42,597 bases of DNA. Source: Enterococcus phage IME-EFm1. The DNA is taken from sequence record KJ010489.1; one strand, given 5' to 3'. The stretch's first letter is position 1. Each line of letters opens with the position of its first letter. This document shows, in pieces, positions 35,441 through 42,597 of the stretch. The position numbers and the translations under genes are program-made. A model generated the notes under the pieces. The model searched no databases. It was not told the DNA's origin and saw nothing but the letters and a program-made list of their open reading frames with translations.

Positions 35441-35719
35441 TTATTTTCTATACTGTATACGTCTATCTAGTTCTTTATTGTAACCTTGCAGTACTTCTTT
35501 ATCCCATGTTTTTTTGTCAATAATAGGTTTTAAACCCGTAGCTTTGAGGAGTATATCATAACTTATGCTCATTTGATATTTAGCGCTCTCTGGTTCACTA
35601 TCTGCTAATGACCCACCTATTTCTCTAGCTAATCGTAATCTACCTTCAGGACTGTCATATAAATGCGGTGGCATGAAAGGGATTGCTGATTGCATTCTTT
35701 CTATATATAATTTGTTCAT
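35441..35719 (-). CDS. Hypothetical protein (92 aa)
   Basis: RBS GGGAGGAATTAAAATG. Confidence 0.45.
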   Translation of the reverse strand: MNKLYIERMQSAIPFMPPHLYDSPEGRLRLAREIGGSLADSEPESAKYQMSISYDILLKATGLKPIIDKKTWDKEVLQGYNKELDRRIQYRK

Positions 35720-35801
35720 TTTAATTCCTCCCTCGCTATGTTTATATACTACAATACCCTCAACAATAAGTCAAGGGTAAAGTTTGTACTATACCGTTTA
35801 A

Positions 35802-35984
35802 CTAAAAATATTTAGCGATTGATTCTACTGAGTCTTTTATATCTAATTGAGTACCGTCTGACAGTATGACAATTGTGTATTCCCAAGCTTTGTTGTGATA
35901 GAATGCTGCAATGTGATTAATGTTTACATATACGGTTGTTTCATCAATTCTAGTTAACGTGATTAGTTCGTTCATTTTATTCAT
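35802..35984 (-). CDS. Hypothetical protein (60 aa, start MNKMNEL)
   Basis: ATG overlaps the stop of the upstream small ORF. Confidence 0.4.
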   Translation of the reverse strand: MNKMNELITLTRIDETTVYVNINHIAAFYHNKAWEYTIVILSDGTQLDIKDSVESIAKYF

Positions 35985-36156
35985 AGTGCACCTCAAATTC
36001 TAAAACTTGATCTTTTTGAATATGGGTTTTTACTTTATTGGTATTATCATATAAAATTAAATAGTCATCTTCAAAGTAATATTTATCAATGTAATTAAAT
36101 TCAGTTGCTTCTATACCTTCTCCAGCATTGTATTTTGTCACTAATACTTTAAACAT
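35977..36156 (-). CDS. Hypothetical small protein (59 aa, MFKVLVTKYNAGEGIEATEF...)
   Basis: TAATG overlap with the upstream 146-aa gene. Below the ORF-track cut-off. Confidence 0.35.
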   Translation of the reverse strand: MFKVLVTKYNAGEGIEATEFNYIDKYYFEDDYLILYDNTNKVKTHIQKDQVLEFEVHYE

Positions 36157-36596
36157 TATTTTGTCATCCTTTCAATAAATTTATCCAATTCGTACTCTGC
36201 TAATTCTTTCTTTGCTAACTTCACAGCAATATCTTTCTCTGCTAACTCCAAAGATTGTTGTAAATCTATATACTCTTGTAGTTGGTAAATTGTTAGTTTA
36301 TTTAGGTCTAATGATTTTTCTTTTTCATCTGGTAAATCGTTCATTGAAAACATCACCTTCCCATATTTGGTAAAGCTAAATGCGTCTTTACCCTTTTTCT
36401 CAGGAGGCGTCTCTTTTCGTTTAAATTGACAGCCATGATATTTCAAATAATGAATTGACAATCTAGTACCATCATCATCAACGAAGCACAGTTCTCCATG
36501 ATTGTTGCTTACTACTTCATACTCCTTTCCTGTAGTAAACCAGGGTCTATCTGACTTTACACAAATGCATATTTGTCCTTCTTGTACATTTAACAT
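36156..36596 (-). CDS. Hypothetical protein (146 aa)
   Basis: RBS AGAGGAGGAAA. Confidence 0.5.
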   Translation of the reverse strand: MLNVQEGQICICVKSDRPWFTTGKEYEVVSNNHGELCFVDDDGTRLSIHYLKYHGCQFKRKETPPEKKGKDAFSFTKYGKVMFSMNDLPDEKEKSLDLNKLTIYQLQEYIDLQQSLELAEKDIAVKLAKKELAEYELDKFIERMTK

Positions 36597-36657
36597 TTAT
36601 TTTCCTCCTCTGTTATGATTACACTATTAAGTGTACAGTTTGTTAGTGTAATTGTAA

Positions 36658-36819
36658 CTATCTATTGTAGTTAGTTGCTTCCTTACAATCAATAATTTTA
36701 TACTTCTTTTTGGGATATGTCAAGCGAAACTCATCAATTGCTCCTCTCATTGTTTCAGCTAAGTAGCTTAATTGAATGGTTTGTGCGTTTCTTTTTGCTA
36801 AAATAATAAATGTAGTCAT
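36658..36819 (-). CDS. Hypothetical small protein (53 aa, MTTFIILAKRNAQTIQL...)
   Basis: RBS GGAGGAAACAAAATG. Downstream of the promoter embedded in paralog A. Confidence 0.35.
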   Translation of the reverse strand: MTTFIILAKRNAQTIQLSYLAETMRGAIDEFRLTYPKKKYKIIDCKEATNYNR

Positions 36820-36830
36820 TTTGTTTCCTC

Positions 36831-37130
36831 CTATTTGTTTATATAATAATTGTAAGTCACATTTTCTTGCTTGTCAAGTTGTTTTTTCAATTCTTCGTTT
36901 TCTAGTTTTAACTCTCTATTAATTGTATTCACACGCACCATGTTTTCATAAATTGAGTGATAGTCATTCTCATAACGTTTCATCTGTTCAACCAAACGTT
37001 TGTTCAGTTCTTTTATTCTCTTCATACGTTCATTCTGTAGTTTATCACCTAATTTGAAGGCGAATACTGCTGTAAATTCTAAAATCATTACTATTGCGAC
37101 CCATACTACTAGTTTGATTAAGAACGTCAT
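36831..37130 (-). CDS. Small N-terminally membrane-anchored coiled-coil protein, paralog A (99 aa, ends ...NVTYNYYINK)
   Basis: N-terminal TM segment, then a coiled coil. The C-terminal coding ~65 nt and RBS are near-identical to paralog B. An embedded TTGACA-17-TACAAT promoter lies at 36849-36877. Confidence 0.5.
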   Translation of the reverse strand: MTFLIKLVVWVAIVMILEFTAVFAFKLGDKLQNERMKRIKELNKRLVEQMKRYENDYHSIYENMVRVNTINRELKLENEELKKQLDKQENVTYNYYINK

Positions 37131-37141
37131 TCTTTTTCCTC

Positions 37142-37426
37142 CTATTTGTTTATATAATAATTGTAAATCACATGTCCTTGTTTGTCAAGTTCTTTTTTCA
37201 ACCTTTTGTTTTCGTTGATTAGTTGATAGTTGCGTTCTTTTAAGTTTTTGTTTTCTTCAACAATTGTTCTAGAGTATTCCACAAAACGTTCCGTCTGAGC
37301 TTTATGAAAGTCTCTACTTCGTTCCAGTTTTTCTATTCTATTCTCACCATTTTTACCTGATAGGCTTAGACCTAAACATACTATCAGTAGTGACCACCCA
37401 ATTAATAATATAATGTATCCAATCAT
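37142..37426 (-). CDS. Small N-terminally membrane-anchored coiled-coil protein, paralog B (94 aa, ends ...HVIYNYYINK)
   Basis: Same architecture as paralog A. An embedded TTGACA-17-TACAAT promoter lies at 37159-37187. Confidence 0.5.
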   Translation of the reverse strand: MIGYIILLIGWSLLIVCLGLSLSGKNGENRIEKLERSRDFHKAQTERFVEYSRTIVEENKNLKERNYQLINENKRLKKELDKQGHVIYNYYINK

Positions 37427-37437
37427 TTCTATTCCTC

Positions 37438-37764
37438 CTATTTGTAAATATCCATCAAACCAGTGATTTTCTTAAATAACTCTTCGTCTTTTGTTAGAAA
37501 ATGAAAGCGCTCTTGGTGTAAATTATCTAACCAATGAAAGCGCTTTTCCAATTCGTTTAGCTCTTCAATTATGGTGCGCATTTCTTTCTCACATTGTTCT
37601 ATTTTGTTGTGTGTCTGCCAGTAACGTTGTGTGGTGTGACTCTGCATATTGTCTGGTTCGTTCATTTTCATAAGTCGCTCTATTGCTTTCTCATGAGCCT
37701 TAGAGAGTCGCTTGAACTCTCTAAGTTGTATTTTCATGATTTCTGGGTAGTATTTACTTAACAT
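37438..37764 (-). CDS. Hypothetical protein (108 aa)
   Basis: RBS AGGAGGAATAGAAATG. Confidence 0.45.
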   Translation of the reverse strand: MLSKYYPEIMKIQLREFKRLSKAHEKAIERLMKMNEPDNMQSHTTQRYWQTHNKIEQCEKEMRTIIEELNELEKRFHWLDNLHQERFHFLTKDEELFKKITGLMDIYK

Positions 37765-37994
37765 TCTAACATTTCCTTTAATTTATTATAGTCAGCTTGT
37801 AACTCAGCTAGAACCTCTTCTTCAGCGTCATGATCTTTTGCCCATTTGATGAGTGATTGAATATTATTGTCTACCCATTCTGAAACTTTGCTCATATCTT
37901 CGCCTGCTGTTTCAGTGTCAGTCCCTAGATCAATAAAATCGCTGTAAAGTTGGTCCATTTTCTTTTGTAGTTCGTTGTAGTTTTCGTGTGTCAT
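37758..37994 (-). CDS. Small acidic hypothetical protein (78 aa)
   Basis: Preceded by the conserved promoter-leader cassette (TTGACA-17-TATACT, leader TAGTTCATAAGTTAAGAGGAGG). Confidence 0.45.
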   Translation of the reverse strand: MTHENYNELQKKMDQLYSDFIDLGTDTETAGEDMSKVSEWVDNNIQSLIKWAKDHDAEEEVLAELQADYNKLKEMLEC

Positions 37995-38012
37995 TGTTAA
38001 TTCCTCCTCTTA

Positions 38013-38052
38013 ACTTATGAACTAAGTATAGCATGAGTACAAACCAGTGTCA
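38013..38052 (-). promoter_or_regulatory. Consensus early promoter (TTGACA-17-TATACT) with a conserved 22-nt leader and RBS
   Basis: On the minus strand: TTGACACTGGTTTGTACTCATGCTATACT then TAGTTCATAAGTTAAGAGGAGGAATTAACAATG. Confidence 0.6.
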
Positions 38053-38058
38053 ACTGTT

Positions 38059-38343
38059 TTAATTGAAAATATTGCCATGATTTCTCATATTTGGCATATC
38101 ATCAACGTACCAAATAAATTGAGGGTTAATTTTAGCCGTTTCTGTATGAGAATAGGTTAGCCCTTCTCTAAACTCACTAACTTCTTTAACCAACTGTTGA
38201 GGTTCGCTGGCTATGAAAATTTGACTTGTTGTGTCCTTAATTTGCTGTAATATTCTACGATCAATATTAATCAGTTCTTTACCATATCTGTATTGAGTTT
38301 CTTTCTTGTTTGATTTGATTAAAACTGATACTGTGTTTGTCAT
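38059..38343 (-). CDS. Hypothetical protein (94 aa)
   Basis: Preceded by the same conserved leader (…TATACTTAGTTCATAAGTTAAGAGGAGGAATTAACAATG). Confidence 0.45.
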   Translation of the reverse strand: MTNTVSVLIKSNKKETQYRYGKELINIDRRILQQIKDTTSQIFIASEPQQLVKEVSEFREGLTYSHTETAKINPQFIWYVDDMPNMRNHGNIFN

Positions 38344-38390
38344 TGTTAATTCCTCCTCTTAACTTATGAACTAAGTATAGCATGATAAAA

Positions 38391-38432
38391 AAAGAAAGTC
38401 AACCACTTGGCTAAACTTTCTTTTAAAAATAT
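38391..38432. terminator. Bidirectional terminator-like hairpin (AAAGAAAGT...ACTTTCTTT) flanked by an A-run and a T-run
   Basis: 9-bp stem and 15-nt loop. A7 upstream and TTTTAAAAA downstream. Confidence 0.45.
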
Positions 38433-38647
38433 TACTCTTTTTCTGATGTAGTGACTGAGACAATGTTGTTCACATTCATCATGACTGAATAGTTATATGT
38501 TCCCATACCAAGTAACTCTTTTTTGTGTTCCACATATAATGGTTCTCCAGCATTCCACGCATAACAAAAGTCCTTGATCAAATCTTTCTCCGTTTCCACC
38601 ACGAATGGTTCTGTATCGTTTAAGGTGTAAATTAAATATTTTTTCAT
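38432..38647 (-). CDS. Hypothetical protein (71 aa)
   Basis: RBS AGGAGGAGAATAATAATG. Confidence 0.45.
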   Translation of the reverse strand: MKKYLIYTLNDTEPFVVETEKDLIKDFCYAWNAGEPLYVEHKKELLGMGTYNYSVMMNVNNIVSVTTSEKE

Positions 38648-38649
38648 TA

Positions 38650-40329
38650 TTATTCTCCTCCTATTGGTAAAATGTCTAACACATTTACAGCGTCTGAGTT
38701 CGCATAATGCTTCATGATTGGCTCTAAATAAATTTCGTTCTCAATATCTTCATATGGTGGCTTAACTAGTTTTACACCTGTATACACTCTTGCATGTGCG
38801 GCTCCTAAGTTACGCTCCTTCGTATTCTTAACTGACTTATCTCCGTTCTTAATATGAGCAGCCATGTATTTTTTGAAGACTTGTTTTGAAACCAGTTTCT
38901 TCATATCCTCTTTGTTGCTTGCTTTATACATTGCATACAATAGTCCTTGATGCACCATGTCTTCATCATTGTTAGTCAGCTCAAGATATGGACATTCATT
39001 AATAAAGTATAACGCAGGGTTGTTTTCAGAAATTGTTTTGTCACGCAAGCGTAACGCCGTATCACTCATTGAGAATGGGTTATTTGCGCTAGCACCTTTT
39101 TTATCGTATAACTCTTCAAAGCGTTTCAAACAATAGTATGCAAATTTGCCTAGTTCTTCCGCGCTTTCACGTTGTTTGCGCAATTCCTTTTTATAGTATT
39201 TACGCCCTTCTTCTGCGTCTTTGCCTTTGAAGTCACGATTGAATGGAATAATCATTAAACGTCGTTCCATTGCAGAGCTGTCATCTCTAAATTGTGGTAC
39301 TGAGTTAGTAGCAAACAATAGTTTGGCTCTGTTTTCCATTGTGATAGAAGTTTTATATTTACGATCAACTGTTCGCGCTCCTGTACCTGTTAACCCTTTT
39401 AGCTTACTCGTATCATTGATAAACGTTTCAGGTGTTTCAGCGTCAATATTTAAGAATTTTTGGTATAAGTTAATGATTTTTTTATCATCTGCTTGGATTA
39501 AATCTTGTAATGGTAATGAGCTGGTATTCTCAATCCCAAACACATAGTTTTGTAGGAAACCAAGTACTTCAGATTTACCATTTCCACCGTTGGAAGCGGT
39601 GTTTTCGTCTACTAACCCATTAACCGCAAAGGCGAATACATTATAGATAGGTCTTTGAATGAAGCCACTCCCAATATACTCATAAAACGCAGGCGCTGAA
39701 TCCTCTAGTACAAAATCAAGCCATTCTTTAATTAGTCCACCATCTTCGTTTTCAATAATTGGATAATCAAATCGCTTGGTCATGTAGTCTGTCTTTTTTA
39801 CTTTGCGGACGCCCTTCATGTCAAAATCGTATACTCTACCGTCATTGAACAGAACCAAACCATCATTTTTGTATGAGCCTAAGCCTGTGTTGATACCTTG
39901 CGCCTTTGTTGTGTCAGCAATTTCAGCAGCTGCCTTCTGTAGGTTCTTAGCCAGTTGTCCGTCTATATCTAATTGAATCAAAGCATCATAAAACAATGGT
40001 TTGATTAGTTGTTGGTATATACCACGTGCATACTCATCTTTTGGCAAATCTAAGTCATTCCACAAACCAGTGTCTTCATCATATAGCCATTGACCGCCTA
40101 AGCTTGGGTGTGCGTATAATGAAAACATGTTCAAGAAATTGTGTGAGAATAAGGTTTGGTTGACTTGATATTTTTCTCCGTTTTTAATAATCGCAGGCAT
40201 GAGGCTCTCATTTGTTTTGTTGAATGCTACTGATAACATGCCTTTATTTTTCAGTTCTTCTTTGAAGCGAATATCATCTTGTTCACGTGACTCTCTGATT
40301 TCATTGTTTATCACTGTTAGATCTTTCAT
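38650..40329 (-). CDS. D5-like / P4-family primase-helicase (SF3 NTPase)
   Basis: 559 aa. Walker A NGGNGKS, then LLFATN (Walker B-like) and the ...RRLMIIPF... region typical of the phage/plasmid primase P4 C-terminal domain. Confidence 0.7.
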   Translation of the reverse strand: MKDLTVINNEIRESREQDDIRFKEELKNKGMLSVAFNKTNESLMPAIIKNGEKYQVNQTLFSHNFLNMFSLYAHPSLGGQWLYDEDTGLWNDLDLPKDEYARGIYQQLIKPLFYDALIQLDIDGQLAKNLQKAAAEIADTTKAQGINTGLGSYKNDGLVLFNDGRVYDFDMKGVRKVKKTDYMTKRFDYPIIENEDGGLIKEWLDFVLEDSAPAFYEYIGSGFIQRPIYNVFAFAVNGLVDENTASNGGNGKSEVLGFLQNYVFGIENTSSLPLQDLIQADDKKIINLYQKFLNIDAETPETFINDTSKLKGLTGTGARTVDRKYKTSITMENRAKLLFATNSVPQFRDDSSAMERRLMIIPFNRDFKGKDAEEGRKYYKKELRKQRESAEELGKFAYYCLKRFEELYDKKGASANNPFSMSDTALRLRDKTISENNPALYFINECPYLELTNNDEDMVHQGLLYAMYKASNKEDMKKLVSKQVFKKYMAAHIKNGDKSVKNTKERNLGAAHARVYTGVKLVKPPYEDIENEIYLEPIMKHYANSDAVNVLDILPIGGE

Positions 40330-40410
40330 TTTATTTCCTCCTCGTTAGTATAGCTGTAGTATAGCACACTTAACCAGGTTCTGGCAAGGGTACTTTTGTA
40401 ACTAGTTTGA

Positions 40411-40689
40411 TTACTTTTCCAGTGGTGAGTTGTCAACTAGCTTTATACCACGGAATCCTCTATACTTAATATTATTTCGTTTAATCGTGGTAGCTTGTAA
40501 GTTGCATGTGTCTTTTAGTTTGCTATAATCAATATGGTTTACAAAACAATGTTGTCGTAATTGCTTAGAAGTGACGTAATCATCCCACTCATCTGTCAAT
40601 TCTATTTTGTAACGTTCTGCGAGATACTCTTTCATTTGCTTGATTATTTCTGCGTCTAAATTATTAAAGGTAATTTTCATATTTAACAT
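40411..40689 (-). CDS. Hypothetical early protein (92 aa), first gene of the leftward arm
   Basis: RBS AAAAGGAGATG. Promoter TTGACA ~18 nt TACACT upstream, in the divergent region. Confidence 0.45.
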   Translation of the reverse strand: MLNMKITFNNLDAEIIKQMKEYLAERYKIELTDEWDDYVTSKQLRQHCFVNHIDYSKLKDTCNLQATTIKRNNIKYRGFRGIKLVDNSPLEK

Positions 40690-41190
40690 CTCCTTTTATT
40701 CATGAGTGAAGTGTAGCATAGAAAGAAACCAGTTGTCAATAAAAAAGATTAAAAATTATGGTTGGGATACAAAAATGGTACCTGGTACACAAAAAATGGT
40801 ACCTGGTACATAAAAAGTACCAGTTGGTTTTGTTATTTGTGTCCCAACGAAATGCTTATAAACTAATGTTTTGAGGTGCATTTCTCAAAAAAGTACCGTT
40901 ATATACGCAAAAATCGCAAACATTAATCTAAAAAAAATATTTACACGTGACCAGTGTCATATTCTACAGTGGTATATACCAATATATTTTTTAGATAATG
41001 TTGATATATTTTATGTATTTTGTGTCCCAAACGCTGTATCCCTTGTGAGAGTAAGGACACAGCGATTTCAAAACGGTACTTTTTTGTGTACCTTTTGTGT
41101 CCCAAGTACCAATTTTGTGTACCAAACTGGTTTACTCAACCAACACAATATCCCTTATCTATGATATAATAGAAACAAGGAGGAGATATA
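40690..41190. promoter_or_regulatory. Divergent control region with multiple repeat families (candidate operators / origin iterons)
   Basis: Tandem 21-nt repeat ACAAAAA(A)TGGTACCTGGTACA at 40769-40811. TTTGTGTCCCAA x3 (40838, 41021, 41096) plus an inverted GGACACAG (41053). AAAAGTACC/GGTAC motifs and TTTGTGTACC x2. Leftward TTGACA promoter and rightward tatGATATAAT promoter (41160-41171). Confidence 0.55.
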
Positions 41191-41394
41191 ATGAAAGATA
41201 ATATAATTGATCTATTAACACTTGCAATTAGTATTTTACTACTTGTAATGATTACCATTGGTTATGGGTATATTGCTGTGTATTTAGGTATGAAGTTACC
41301 GTATCAATTATTTCAGCAAGGTGAGTGGGGCTTTGCAATTGCACAAATGGTTATCGTGTGGAGCTGGTTATTATTAGGAGGTAATCGCAAATGA
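41191..41394 (+). CDS. Small membrane protein (67 aa, two TM helices)
   Basis: RBS AAGGAGGAG. First gene of the rightward early operon. Confidence 0.5.
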   Translation: MKDNIIDLLTLAISILLLVMITIGYGYIAVYLGMKLPYQLFQQGEWGFAIAQMVIVWSWLLLGGNRK

Positions 41395-41537
41395 AAACTA
41401 TTGAAATCACTCTAGATCTTAAAACTAATCACTACTCAATATTAGAGGACTTTGGTGATAACACTGTTCAAGGTTTAACGACTAATGATATTGAAGAAGC
41501 AAAAGAATATATTACTAATATATTGGAGAGTTTATAG
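41391..41537 (+). CDS. Hypothetical small protein (48 aa)
   Basis: ATGA overlap with the upstream gene. RBS TTAGGAGGT. Below the ORF-track cut-off. Confidence 0.4.
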   Translation: MKTIEITLDLKTNHYSILEDFGDNTVQGLTTNDIEEAKEYITNILESL

Positions 41538-41538
41538 T

Positions 41539-41721
41539 ATGAAAACAGATAAACAATTATTATCACTAAACAAAACAGAATTATTAGCTGAGTATCGTGA
41601 GTTAGAAAGTAAAATACAAAACGTATCAACTAAGACTAAAGAACCAACACTTGAAGAAGCTATTGAGATAGTAAAGAATCATGACCTGATTGTACGTAAG
41701 AAACAAGACTATAACTTCTAG
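41539..41721 (+). CDS. Hypothetical protein (60 aa, MKTDKQLLSLNKTELLAEYRELE...)
   Basis: The internal ATG at 41539 with a weak RBS (GGAGAGtttatagtATG) is preferred over ATG 41485. Confidence 0.4.
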   Translation: MKTDKQLLSLNKTELLAEYRELESKIQNVSTKTKEPTLEEAIEIVKNHDLIVRKKQDYNF

Positions 41722-41732
41722 GAGGAATACAC

Positions 41733-41924
41733 ATGGAAGAACCAATCACTCAGCCAGTAGAGCCAACACTAACAGAGATTGCTCGCTTGGTTGCCAGACG
41801 TGACGAGTTACAAGCTGGTCTCCCAATGTATGACGCTCAATATATGCAACACGCTGAAGCATATGCTAGAGTAATGAATGAGTTATATGACATCAATCAT
41901 AAACTAAAGGAGGTGGGAGTATAA
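41733..41924 (+). CDS. Hypothetical protein (63 aa)
   Basis: RBS TAGGAGGAATACACATG. Confidence 0.45.
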   Translation: MEEPITQPVEPTLTEIARLVARRDELQAGLPMYDAQYMQHAEAYARVMNELYDINHKLKEVGV

Positions 41925-42082
41925 TGCCATATATGTACTGCAATCAACAAGGCTGTAATGAAACAGTTAAGCTACCAGCACAATACTGTGCCAAACATCA
42001 ACCAGCAAAGCTATCTGAATCAATCAAGGTAGAACAACCAACAGACAAGGTTGTCATTAAAACAAAGAAGACTACTAAATAA
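41924..42082 (+). CDS. Small zinc-ribbon-like protein (52 aa), paralogous to the N-terminus of the downstream HNH protein
   Basis: MPYMYCNQQGCNETVKLPAQYCAKHQ resembles CAVASCRRYVTLPERYCDAHQ of the HNH protein. TAATG overlap with the upstream gene. RBS AAGGAGGTGGGAG. Confidence 0.4.
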   Translation: MPYMYCNQQGCNETVKLPAQYCAKHQPAKLSESIKVEQPTDKVVIKTKKTTK

Positions 42083-42125
42083 TAGTAGTCTTTTCTTATA
42101 TACAATAGAAGGAAGGAGTAATGCA

Positions 42126-42518
42126 ATGCCACAACGTAAGTGTGCAGTGGCCTCATGTCGCAGATATGTAACGCTACCTGAGCGCTACTGTGACGCACAT
42201 CAAGGGTATAACAATAACCAATACAATAAGCATGTAAGATACAACGAGGACAACAAGAAGTACAGTACCTTCTATCATTCAACCCAATGGAGGAACGCAC
42301 GTAAAGCCAAGCTAATGGAGCAACCACTATGCGAGGTATGCTTGGCACAAGGCAAGTACACCAACGCTGACATGGTTCACCACATAATCGAATTACGAAG
42401 TCCAAATGGATGGAAACATAGACTTGATTTAAATAACTTAGAGTCAATATGTTACGAATGTCACAACAAGGAAGAACATAGCTACAGTTGGAAAAATAGA
42501 GGTAGGCAACAGCGTTAA
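42126..42518 (+). CDS. Terminase-associated HNH endonuclease
   Basis: 130 aa. Zinc-ribbon CxxC...CxxH, then HHIIELRSPNGW…NLESICYECHNKEEH (HNH motif). The position just upstream of terS (around the presumed genome end/cos) is typical of cos-phage packaging HNH proteins. Confidence 0.75.
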   Translation: MPQRKCAVASCRRYVTLPERYCDAHQGYNNNQYNKHVRYNEDNKKYSTFYHSTQWRNARKAKLMEQPLCEVCLAQGKYTNADMVHHIIELRSPNGWKHRLDLNNLESICYECHNKEEHSYSWKNRGRQQR

Positions 42519-42597
42519 ATCAACAAGCGCGCAGCCAAAATTATTTTAGGGAGACCCAAAATGTTTTTACCCGCCTACCTTTTTATAACGAATTAAT

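Noticed and set aside
37000-39547. Plus-strand ORFs 37000-37218, 37491-37673 and 39221-39547
   Set aside because: Antisense to minus-strand genes (paralog A, the 108-aa gene, the D5-like helicase), with no RBS.
40871-41164. Plus-strand 97-aa ORF spanning the divergent control region
   Set aside because: It runs straight through the repeat and operator arrays. It has no RBS, and its Cys/Phe/Val-rich translation reflects the repeat sequence rather than a protein.
41998-42447. Minus-strand 149-aa ORF overlapping the terminase-associated HNH gene
   Set aside because: Antisense to a motif-supported HNH endonuclease, with Cys/Leu-rich spurious composition.
1-42597. Lysogeny module (integrase, CI/Cro), CRISPR array, tRNA or rRNA genes
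   Set aside because: No ORF shows integrase or recombinase motifs. No regularly spaced direct-repeat array and no tRNA-like cloverleaf signatures were found, which is consistent with a virulent phage.

Overview
This 42.6 kb window appears to be a complete or near-complete genome of a cos-type siphovirus of a low-GC Gram-positive host (Lactobacillales-like). No integrase or repressor is visible, so it is probably virulent.

Layout:
- Plus strand, 1-22.2 kb: small basic protein, terS, a ~600 nt non-coding structured region, terL, portal, prohead protease, HK97-like major capsid, connector proteins, major tail protein, a G/GT tail chaperone pair, tape measure protein (with LAS-peptidase and lytic transglycosylase domains), Dit, Tal, a collagen-repeat receptor-binding protein, and an XhlA-holin-amidase lysis cassette.
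- Convergent bidirectional terminator at ~22.2 kb.
- Minus strand, 22.3-40.7 kb (early/replication arm): NrdH-like redoxin, family-B DNA polymerase, PrimPol primase, SF2 helicase, VRR-NUC nuclease, D5-like primase-helicase, three free-standing HNH homing endonucleases plus one degraded copy, an MBL-fold hydrolase, and many small unknown genes.
- Repeat-rich divergent control region, 40.7-41.2 kb.
- Short plus-strand early operon ending in the terminase-associated HNH endonuclease (42126-42518).

Observations worth a second look:
- An expressed-looking ~450 nt structured non-coding region between terS and terL, with an operator palindrome, alternative terminator/antiterminator pairings and a strong terminator. 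It is a candidate large ncRNA or riboregulator.
- Four reading-frame breaks in structural genes. Three need a single extra A in an A-run, which points to homopolymer sequencing errors. The fourth, in the tail chaperone, is a plausible programmed +1 frameshift at AAA-AGG.
- A 22-nt direct repeat flanking the lysis cassette.
- A candidate tiny polypyrimidine (anti-Shine-Dalgarno-like) sRNA.
- Conserved early promoter-leader cassettes with palindromic spacers.
- Tandem paralogous small membrane proteins whose coding 3' ends also serve as promoters.
- A phage protein ending in an SSB-like EEELPF tail.
- A repeat- and iteron-rich divergent control region.
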